Assembly: GCF_003704095.1 (NCBI RefSeq)
Contig: NW_020843606.1
Location: 124,001 to 188,000, forward strand
DNA from: Pocillopora damicornis
Taxonomy: Eukaryota
Length of the DNA: 64,000 nucleotides
Reading direction: 5' to 3'
In this document: positions 42,101 to 54,100 of the stretch, one piece after another
Position numbering within the stretch: the first letter of the stretch is position 1
Layout: each line of letters begins with the position of its first letter
The notes under the pieces: generated by a model
Told to the model about the DNA's origin: nothing
What the model saw: only the letters and a program-made list of their open reading frames with translations
Database searches by the model: none
Translations under genes and position numbers: made by a program

Positions 42101-45100
42101 TCAGCCCCTTTCCCCGTTTGAATAGTGAGAATATATCCAACCAAACCCTTTTTTTTTTCGTCGAGTAACAGCCATTAGAATGCCGGGCAGTTTTGTCAGA
42201 AGCTAAAAAGCTTTTCACATTTTCCAAAAGAAACTTTTTTGTATTTCTGATAATGACAAGCAGTTACCAGTTGCACAATCCTTTCCTTGCCAACCAGATG
42301 GGCATTTACAATGATAGTCCGTTAGCTGACTGATGCAGGTTCCACCATTGAGACAGGGATCACTGTGGCAATAGTCGATGGCTAGACAACACATCAAAAA
42401 TACAAGACATTAGAGGAACTCATTAACGTTCATTTCGTCCTCCGTACAACAAGTCAAACTTCCTATGTGACAAGAAAAATGTGGAAAATCGAAGAGATAA
42501 GCTAAAAAGGAACAACGACAGCAGAGAATGGAGAAGATCGACGAGGATTGCAAAAGGCAAACTTAAACAATTACCTTGGGCGTGAGGGAAGGTATAAACT
42601 ATTAGCTTGTTAAGGTGGAAAAACAACAAAATCGCATGAATAAAAGTGAATGACGACGAGGGAAAAAGAAGGAGAAGATAGACACGGATTTCAAAATGGA
42701 AACCTCCACTGATGGAGCTTATCCTTCGCTCGAGAATTTTTTCCATTGGTGGAATTTCTTTTCATGAAAAAAAGAAAATAGGAAAGAATTACTGTGCTTG
42801 GGATGAAAAAATTGGTTCAGATTACAAACAATGGGTTTGCACCCACAGGCCGGAGATCTCTTCGTTGAGAAACGGCTATTTCTGTCATACGGGGTTTGGT
42901 TTCTGTTATGGAGAGGCAAAAAAAGAACATGGTCCTTAAGATTCTGCTTCTTATTTCACTTGCTCTACAAGTTCTGTGATAAAACCAGTCACTTTTTTCT
43001 GTTATGAAGTCTTACCGTGACAGATCTGTTCCCGCACTAGACCTTTAATCTCGCTTAAGGCCGAAAAACTGACTGCAAACACGTGCTCATCAACAGGATC
43101 AGAGGCCATCTCTCTCAGCTCCTCATTGTCATAACAACAGCCCACACCAAGACTAATAATAGTTGCACCCTCATCACGAAGTTCTTCTGCAGGTTCTTCA
43201 ACGTCATCATGCGACAAACCATCCGTCAACACCATCACAACATTCGGCACAGTTTTGCGTGACCCTTTGATGTCTTCGAAGACTTCTTTGCGAACTTTAT
43301 CCAATGCATATCCGGTGTTGGTTTTCCCTCCAGGGTAAGACATTTCTTCAATTTTATCTACGATTTTCTCGACTTCGTCGACATATTTACCTAATTTTAG
43401 CACCACTTGCGCTTTTTCTGAGTAAAGAACAACAGCCACATGCGTGTCGTCTTTGCCAATGTTGAACGACTGCACCATATCAATCACGAAGTCTTTGGAC
43501 CGCTGGAAGTTGCCTTTACCCTGACTTTCTATGCTACCTGATCCGTCCATGACAAATATCAAGTTGAACTTTTGATTGACGCAAGCTGTCAACAAATAGT
43601 GAATTTCATTATTAACACCATCCCTCTGGAAGAGAATCTTCACACTCACTATAACATTATCAGTGGAAAAGGAAACATTAACAATAAATTCCCATTTACC
43701 AACACGATTTTATTGATTTTGTACTATTTTCATAACCATTCATGTTTTTTCTTATTCCAATTTCAATCACAGCTACAACTTACCTAATTCACACTGTGGT
43801 CCAGCATAGTCTTTTCCGCATTCGCATTCAAAATGTCCCAGGTGATTAATACACGTTCCTCCATGTATGCATGGCGCTGAATCACACTCATTGATAATAT
43901 CTATGTATGATATAAAAAGCAAATTTTAATAAGCAGCGGAGAAGAAGAAGAAGAAGAAGAAGAAGAAGAAGAAGAAGAAGAAGAAAAGAACTCATAAAAC
44001 GCAAATTGCACAAATGGGATCGACTTGAATAACATCTGGGGCTTATTGTCTAGCATGAAGCGAATAATGATATCATTACTCCATCTGGATAGGATATTAG
44101 TGTAGCCCTTGCATGTTGCCTCCGAATATTTTGTAAGGCTCGGCGATTTTTTAGGCGTTGGTAAAGTTCAATTGGGCATACATGTTTAGAAAATAGAACA
44201 TAACTGCTACCTAACGTGCTCTATGATTGAACCCACGAGATAAGATGAGTCAAAGTCATTCCCTGAACAGGTAGAGAAGGTGCATGGACGACCAAGCGAG
44301 CAAAGGAGACTGAACCTGGAGGCAGGTAAGACGATAGCCCAATACTGAGCCAGATGGTGGGAAGTCTCCAAGAAACTATGCTCTAAAAGGATGGGAAAAA
44401 ATTCAGCCAAGTTTCTCGACAGTTCATAATCCGTAAACGAAACAGGCAAGATGAGAGTAAAAGTGACACAATGACCCCGGCTGAGGTTTTATCGCTGACC
44501 GTTCGACCTAGAATCCAACGCCTTCTTCTGCAAAAAGGCCACTTACATCCTGGAAAAGTTCTTAGTGATGGTTTCTCTAGACTTACCTTCTGTGCAGTTT
44601 TGCCCTCCAATTCCATGCGGACATGCGCAAGTGTAGCTTCCAGAAGAATCGGAGGAGCAGTTTCCGCCATTTTGGCACGGGTTGAGAGAGCATGAATCTA
44701 TGAACATGACAAAACAACAATTCTGGTATCAGGTGTCTCATTTATCTAAATTAGACTAACATGTTACGCCAGCACTACACAATTAAATTCCCTGCTACCA
44801 CTCACACCCGGCTACTTTTTAGCTTCCATGACGAATCTAACCTGTTACGCAACTAAATCCTCCAGTTTCGCCATAGTTGTTCACGCAAATCTCAGCAGAT
44901 GAGCAGTCAGAACTGGAACATGGATTTGAAGCTACGATAGACAGAGACATTGCCGTTAGGAACACAAAAAATTAGTTCATATACTGTTTAGAAGATGGCC
45001 CGCGTTCCCTTATATTCAACCTTCCTTTTCTGCCTTAGTTCGTTCTTTCGAAATACCTGCGGCAAGTTTATTCGCTTCTTTCTTAAAATTACAAACCTCT

Positions 45101-48100
45101 GCAAATTTTGTTTCTTGTAGTGCTGATAAAATGCGTCAGATCAGCAAATTCTGCCTTCAACAAGTGTTCCTCACTCGGCTTGGTAACCAACATGTTTAGT
45201 TGGGACATGCTGTAATGTGAACCCAACGGCAAACCGATGATGGTGACACCTCTTTGACGAAGCAGGGAAGCAGGTACTGCATAATCATCCTCGGCCTTCC
45301 CAGCGACCATTGCGACAACAACTGACGCCGTAGTTTCATCAAACAACTTTGTTTCCTCTAGTGCCCTCGTTAATGCTTTTCCCAGGTTTTTGTATTTACC
45401 CATGGAATAATTAGCGTTTCGTAAAATATTTGCGAACTCGGAGAAACTGGATGAGTTTCCTGGGCTGATTAAATATTGGGTGTCTGTGGCATATGCTATA
45501 ACACCGATGCTACTGTGACTGAGCGTTGATGCCGTCGTGATAATAAACTCCACTTGACGTGTTATATTGTCCTCTCCCACGTTATAGGAGCTATCCAGCA
45601 AGAACAGAATAGTGAACGCCTTGGAGCAATCTGTAACAAACGAAAATAGTTAAGTGACGTGGAACAGAAATGCCCGAGTATCCATAACAAGCCAACGAAA
45701 TAACATCGCGGAAGTGACCTGCATGGGAGATGCAGGCTCATATCTCGATTCTCTACGGATTCTTATGCTGACCTTTATCACAATTGTCGCCATAGTTCGA
45801 GGAGTCACTACAGGTGCAATCAAAACCACCCAAACCCTCGGTGCACTTCTTTCCAGATTCACAGCTCACTCCGTGTTCTGAGCATTCCTTTACATCTGTG
45901 TAATATGAAAAAAAGAAAATGTCCAGGTCAGAATTTTCCACCTTTGTGTGGCCACAATCAACTGAGTTACTTTGATTTTCAAGTGAGGGATACATTGATT
46001 TGCTTTTGCATACAAACGCAACGTGAGTGATTTAGCAAACTGGCACCACCGAGTCAAACAGTCCGTGAAAAAATAAAGCCAATTGCTACTTACACACTTC
46101 CTTTTTCCCACGTTTTTGCTTGCTTGTGTGTTTTTCTTTGGGTTTTCAAAAGCTCCACGTGAGATATTCCTTTAATTGGCTGTTTTGAGTGCCTTGGTTT
46201 TGTTTAATGAGACTGAACCGAAGGGCCTTCTAAATCTACGGAGCCACATGTGATCATCATTATTCAGTAAGTTTGTTCTTTTAGGAGCAGTTTTCACCCA
46301 CATTACAAACCTTCAGTACACAAGTCACCCTGGAATCCCTGTGCACACGCGCATTTCAAGCCGGCATCTGTACAAACTCCATTGAAGTGACACGGATTGT
46401 CTGAGCAGCCGTCCACTTCTGTAAAGTAAAACCGGTGAAGTACAGAATTACAAAGAAGAAAATAATTTGCATCTTAGTGACTATGGTACTCATTCATTTG
46501 AACTGCAAATAAAAAAAAAAGAGAGAAAGTAATAAAATACACGAAAAAACAAAACATTTTAACCAATGGAGCGACTGTCAGTACTCCTGTTAGTACTTAG
46601 CTCATGCTTCTGTCATTGTTGTTGATTTGAGTTGTTTTTTTAAAATGTTTGTTCGTTTAATTTTGTTTTGTTTTTCTTTTATTCAAAGGCGTTTTAAACT
46701 TCGAAGGCAACATAGCGATATTTCGTGCCACTTCAAGTTTTGTGACAAGTAAAAACTAGCTTCAGCTCATAGGAAGTAAGAAAATACCAGTTTAGAAAGA
46801 TAGAACGGTATGAAAGAAGTGGTAAGAAACCAGAAAGATTAACACGGATAAAAAATCAAGCTACCTCTGCATATGGCTCCTCTGGTGTTATTCATTACAA
46901 ATCCAAGTGACGAAAATTCCGATTTGAAGACGTGTTCTGATTGACCGTAAGCAATCTGGGTGAGCTGGGAATAATTAATATTCTCACCAATTCCCACCAC
47001 AAAAACAATCACATCCTTATTATTCAATAGCGTCGCAGGTTGTATGACGTCGTCGGTGGAAACCCCGTCCGTGAGAAGCACTAATACCTTTGGAACATTG
47101 TCCCGAACTACAGCATCATCAAAGAGTTTATTTGCCGTCTGGTACAAGGCCTTTCCGCTGTACGTTCCACCACTTGGATAAACGATATTATCAATCGCCT
47201 CCTCTACTCTTTCAGGGCTTGCGTACTGATTCAGTGTGAACACAACAGTAGAATTTGTTGAGTAAACTACCACTCCCACACGCGTGCCGGAACTTGAGAC
47301 ACTGAATGAACGAGTGAGGTTCTTCATGAAATCTTTCATCATATGGAAGTTATTTTCGCCATAGTATTCAATACTAGAAGAGCCATCTACCACGAAAACT
47401 AATTCAATCTTGTTGTAACTGCAATCTGGAGATATAATGCAAATATTACAAAACTTGTGAAGTTACTAAAAATAGTAAGAGATTAAAGGAATTTAGTTTG
47501 AAAGAATACTCGGTTACTGTATACAAATAGAGACTGATTCGCGGCACAATATCAGAACAGGAATCGTAAAGAACTGAACTTGGCATTGTTCTCAAACTAT
47601 ATGATCCTAGTGCGTCACTTTTATGAAAACTAGTATTTCCTTTGTCAGATTTCCCCTAGCTGTCATTTAAACTTAACTTTCTAATAAACAGTAAATTATA
47701 TTTTTAGGTGAAAGCATGTCCGCTCACAACAATACGTTACAAAACATGGAGGTTTCTCACTTACTTAAATGACAATTTTTGCCGCTGTATCCATGATTAC
47801 ACTCACACCTGTAACTTCCAAAGGTGTTTACACATGTTCCTTCATTCTGACAAGGGCTGTTAAAGCATTCATCATAATCTACACAGTAGCATTTAAAAAA
47901 ACGACGACAACAAAACTTTGAATGAGGTGAGCATCTGGAGAGTTGAAAAATTGCAGTTGATTTTTTATTACTTTATTGTTATTATCATTATAACAAATTC
48001 ATGTAAGTTTTTACCCATGCATACATGTTAACATGTTTGATCATTAAAGCAATATTTTATCGATGAATCCAACAAAAAAATTAATACTCACCATCCTGGC

Positions 48101-51100
48101 AATTGCCATCTGACAACCCATCATCACAAATACAATTATAAGTCCAATCCTCCAAGTTTTCAACACAAGTACCACCATTGTGACATGGCGTTGTGTCACA
48201 GGGGCTTGAAATTCCTATAATTTTAAAAGGCATGTTGGCAACAGGCCGGACAAATGAACTATTGTAGATATGCATTAAGGCTAGCTCCATATATCACCAC
48301 AACGTTTAAAGGCGCTAGATTCTTGTCTATCATATCATATCATTTTTGAGATTGTCGGAAAACGAAATGGCATCCAAACCGGCCTTAGCTTTAGGGGAAG
48401 ATAGAGAATCTCTCATAATACGTAGTTTTATATCCCTCTATGGAATAAATAAAATAAATAAACAATAAAGACATCATAGAGGTTGATGTTCGAGCAAATA
48501 TATTTTTGGGAACTTTAATAGAAAAATAACAATCCGATAAAAAATTAATTAAGATAGAGCCAATTGTTATGATAAATGTACCTTGGCAATTGTCCCAGAG
48601 TTGGTCTCTGTCATAATTATCAGTAGTTGCACACCATGGTTGGTTGTGATTGTCCTTAATACACGAGTATCGTTGATGTCCCATGTACCAGAATGGGAAA
48701 ACGCAACATTTGTTCCTCTGTGTTGGGTAGCAACCTTCGACAAATAACAAATTAAAAGTTAAATAAATAGGGAAATAGAAGATCATATTAATTAAGCAGA
48801 ACCCCATTCAGTCAAATTTTCAAAAGAAAAGAAGAATACGGAGCTTAAGGTCAATGACTGAAAAAAATCAACGGTAAGGGTCGATTACTTATACACATAG
48901 CAACTAAGCACAACGCTGCTTCTAGCGCTACCTTTCGTCACTTCTTCTCCCTCTGTCACGGTCGTCACACAGCCTTCAAGATCTGTTCTCAAGCACCTGC
49001 CATCATGACTATTGGAAGAAGGCGCCAGGCGCACTGAGTCGATGAGGAAAGGTGGTGACACCCCATGGTCATAGCCGTAGTCTCCACTTTGACCTGACAT
49101 ATACTTTTCAAAAAGCTGAAATAAAATTTATTCCATGAATACAATCATATTATCGCTAGACTGAGTGATAAAAATGATTCATTTTGGTCCTAATATTGCT
49201 GTATGCTTCAAGTCCTTCTTGTCTGTAACAAGCCGCGATTTAAACCCTTTCTGACCGTTTCATCACTTAGTAATAATAAAATGTAAAACATTTTTTCCGC
49301 TCTTTTGACTTTTTTTTGGTAAGAAAAAGAAACCTTTTGCTGCTACTGATCTGCAACTATTTAACAAATAGATTTTACATTGCCATGCGCCTTTAAGAGC
49401 TAATCAAAGTGCGCGTAGAATTCGGCTGATCATATAATAACGATCAAACGTTTGGTCGATTAATAGAAATTTAACTCGACGCGTAAGCTAGGGTCGACAG
49501 TTTATTGGAGATATTCTTGCACTTGAAAGCGTCGTCTCAACAATGAAACGTAATTCTGAATAGAATCATGTTAAAAGATGCCTGGTAAATAGCAATTTGT
49601 TAATAGTTAATGATAAAAAATAATTAGAGCGTCGACCGTCCACCGTGTTGTAGTTGTAGTCCTTGTCTTTTGTTTTGTTCTTGTTTTTTTCTAACAACTG
49701 CTGCTTATGACGCATCTAGTCACATGACCGTGCTAAACTTGTATAACTGCGAATAGCTGAGATTCGGAAATTGTTAAAACTTGCTTCTTTTGACGTTTCG
49801 TATGCATCGATCAAAAGCTACTTTAGGGAAAATTTAATAGGTCTATCCTTCCTTGTAACTTACGGAATCTTGACTACTAGTTGAAAGGATGCGATACGGA
49901 ACAGGAAATAAGGGGGAATAAGGAATCTTAACTCACAGTACAAGGCAAATCCCCATCGGGAGTTTCACTATCCGAAGTATAATTCACACAGATTTTCTCC
50001 ATTGAGTTCGCTGCGCCCAGCTTTCCTTGCACAAAGAGTTTAGACAAGTATACTTCTCTCGCTGTAGAGAGATAACCAGGAAAAAAATTAACTGGTTAAA
50101 AAGTGTAATCATTTAAAGTGGGGTACAAACCTTATCAAAGATTAAGAGAGATTTGCAATAGAAAGTTGTAAAACCAAAGCTAAAGATATCACAACGGCCA
50201 ATCAAAACAAAGGTGAAAGTCGCAGTGTGCCAATGAAATCGTAAGTTCGAGCAATTACCCTCCCTGAAGCTCGGGAAAACACGCGAGACCAGGTTGTGAT
50301 TGGCCAAAGTTTCGTGCCTGTTCAGGTGAAAAGGTGTTGCAACTTGTCCAGACTAATCCCAGAACTTAGAGAAGTATAATCCGTGCAATTCCGCAATTTC
50401 TTCGACACTCATAAGATTTTCAATCTTCCCGCATCTCTAAGTTCTCGTTTACGACTCACACTTTCATTGCGAGTTAATATTATCAAAATTTTTCATACGT
50501 CCACTAAAAACGGCAATGTTAAAATGCAAGACTTACCTAGATCAATTTCAAAATATGGGCGGGAGTCACCATCAGTTGGACACCAAGAGTAACTTCCATT
50601 TAGAACTGGAACGTTCCAGGATCCTTTGTAAGACGAACCTCGAACCGTTGATTTCGAGACGTGAATCAGGCCATTCCGTAACATCTTTCCACACTTGGCT
50701 TTTATTTCATAAAAATAGAGTTAGGGAAAGCAGAATGATTAGCTGAAACGAAAATACGGTAGTGCTAACTTTGAGCGACGACTTTTTTTGTTTGTTTCTT
50801 TTTTTTTTTTTTTTGTTATCTTGAAGGACATCTAACTTTATATTAACAGAAAACATTAACCAACCTCCAAGAAGATAAACCTCATTGATGAGGGGACCGC
50901 CTTTTCCTCCATCAGGACAATGTGCGTCACCATACATAGCGTACCTGCTAAGAGCTGCGGAACCGGAGAAGCACTCGCCGCCATTTTGAAGAGCAAACAC
51001 CTTGTAGTCGTTTTTAGCAGCCTCTAAAGCGCATTTCATGACTGCCTTGTCTCTTGTTCGATATGGTACATCTAAAAATGTTGCATTTCCATTTTCCATC

Positions 51101-54100
51101 GAAATAAGAGCGTGTGCGTTCGCATCATCTACGAAACATCCGAGAGACAGATATTCCAGGGAACGACCTGTGCGAAGAAACGACATTTCGAGAACATTTC
51201 CTGAATCTTCACGAAACACTTTGCCAATAATGAACACTTAAAAGTGCTCCCCTAAAAAAAATTCTATAATGACCTTAGGGTTAAAAATATACTTGATATA
51301 TTCGTCGCAAGTATTGAGAAAGAAAAGGAATAATTCCCATTGCTGTTGAAGATTCTAACCTATTCTTATCACCGAGCTGCAAAGTAACTTGCTTTACTTG
51401 TGACAAACTTGGCATCATCTTTTCACCCAATGTATGTGAAGTGATGTCACCATCTTGGAAGAACCTGACAAACCCCAGGGTGTAGTAAAACACTAAAGTG
51501 TGATAAATATCTTGGAAGATCTTCCTTACGTTCCTGGATACTAGTTATATCTGGTACACTTATTTCACATTGACACTGAGTTGCGTTTAGAAGCGCAGCT
51601 TGTGGCAAAAATACTTATAAGTGAGGGAAATGCGAGCTAGTCTCGTAGATGTCACGAATGTAAAATTGAATCTTAGACTACTCATCAATCTATTCGTTTA
51701 TTATTTATATATCCATTAATTTGTTATCGACATTAATAGAGTTCCTCACTTTTCTCACACTGGTCGCCGTAGAATCCCACAGAGCATGTGCAGTTGTAGC
51801 TACCCTTGAAACTATTGCATTTACCATCGTTTTGGCAGGGAGAACTCGCACAACTGTCCTCAACTATTCCAATGGAAAAAAAGAAAAGCAAATTATCTTG
51901 GAGTAGGTGTCAGCTCACTCCTCTTAAATGGAATTGGCAATCACAACTTACAATATGAATATGGACAAAAGCAAAGACAAAACCCCTAGAAAGGACTTTG
52001 GTGAAAAAGTATCTGACATTTCTCTGGGAAATGAACAAACCCATGAAGGACTCATTATTTCCCAAAGACCCTAAACTTTTGTATATTTTGCAGAATTTTT
52101 GGGATAATACTCAATATCTACCTTGGCAGATTTTCCTTGCTAATTTCTTTGCCAAATACTCATCCAATCCATTCCAGCTGCTCAAGGCAATGAAGTAATC
52201 ACTGTCAGGGTCCGAAGCTACTTCTTTCAATTGACCCCCCGAGTAATCACTTCCAACCCCAAGTGCAAAAACAGTTGCATTTTGCTTCTTTAACATGACT
52301 GCAGGGTGACCTATATCGTCCATGGATATTTGACTTGCGATCAAAATCGCAATGTCGACAGCATCTCTTTGATGACCCTCGTCCAAAAACTGTTCTGCCA
52401 TGTTTGTCAGCGTAGCTCCCACGAGAGTTTCTGTTGCGTTGGGGAACTGTTCATACTCAGGCATTAAGGAATGAAGGTCTGATCTTGTTTTAAACACTCG
52501 TTTTTGATTCCCGTATGCTAGAAAAATCCACGTGTCGGCTGCATCCACGTTTACGTACTTAGACACATTTACTGCGAATTTCAACGTTGATACAAAGTTC
52601 TCCTCTCCCGTCTTGCTTGATGCATCCAATGCAAAGCCCACGTTCATTTTAGCTGAGCAGATAACTGTAAGAGAAATAATGGTAAATTTTAAGCCTGGTT
52701 ATCTAAGGGAATTGTGATGTCATTTAGTGATTGACACGGGCATACTTGGAGAAAAAGAACCTCGAATGCTCGTAGTGGGACTGGAACCTACGACCCTCCA
52801 ATTAGTACTGCGGATGCTCTACTAATGAGCTATAGGAGACTTGTGGCAGCCGAAGCCGTTTAAGTAGGTCCGTGATGACAAACTTCCTGCATACATACTA
52901 CTAGCGTAGTAATGTCGAATGTGTTACCTTCGCTCATCATCTTTCATAGTTAAATAGTCACCATAAAGTTAACATGAAGACCAGGGTAAGTGTTTCAGTC
53001 TTAAGCATTTAATTACATCTAATGTTAGATAGAGATGAGCGGTTTTTCAAGCATCATTAACCCACAATGCATAGACAACATATTGTTTATATTACAAAGG
53101 CTGTTTAACTGACTCATTCGTCATAACCTTTCTTTTTCCCTTAATGTGGAGTGCATATCCCTCCAAACTAGCCCAACCCAAGAGTCAATCAAATAAAGTT
53201 TATTTCAATCACATAGAGGGGCAACCCTTGTTTATTTAAAATCGTCAATGATTTGCCGGGAAGTTTGCACGGATTAAGTAAAATGGCTCTTGGACAAAGG
53301 AAACAAAGAAAACATTTTATGTAGTGTACTAAAGTGCAAATCGTATGTATTCATAAGTTCATGAATAGGATTTCTCTCACTGGTCGCGCATTCTTACTTA
53401 AGAAGAGAGATTTTAGGCTGACAAGGTTCACCTACATTTTAACACTTCAGCTCGGCTATATGCAATGTTCGCTAGCAGAGCGGAAAGCGACTAAACTGGC
53501 GTGACTCGACAAAATAAACAATGGATCACACTCACTTTAAGTGCTCGACACTTATCTTTGTAGATTGGCGCCACTGTATATTAGTGGTTAAATTAGTGTT
53601 AGGCCGATCTTAGATCTAATAGCACCTTGTTACTGGAGCCGCCTAAAGAGAAAATGCTTTTTACACTTGGTACTAGATCCTTTCATGCTGCACCATGTTT
53701 GTGGAATAGTTCGCCCCCTGGATTGCGTTCCATCCCATCATTGACAATTTTTAAACGCAATCTTGAGACCTGCCTTTTTGGTCAGGTTTTTCTTTACCGT
53801 TTTAGACCAGAATTTTTATTTTACTTAAGTTTTTATAAATATATTTAACCTGATTTGTTTTATTTTATTGTAAGTCTCATTTAAATTTTACGTGGTATAC
53901 TAAGAGTAGTTTTATAGGTGAATCACTGTAAAGTCTATAGCGCCATGGAAATTCTCGAGTTATCATTATTATCACTAGATCGATCATCAATGCAAAACCC
54001 AAGAAATATTTTCAAACCTCTCTTAAAACACATAGACTTGAATACGAAATTGCATTGTTTTTCAAAACTTCTTTATTCATTTATTTATCAATTCTAAAAG

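Noticed and set aside
942-52664. Collagen VI / matrilin identity
   Set aside because: No Gly-X-Y tract or C-terminal coiled coil seen; gene A has a TM helix and cytoplasmic tail
1312-52717. Many plus-strand ORFs of 60-140 aa
   Set aside because: Antisense shadows of minus-strand exons or low-complexity intron translation
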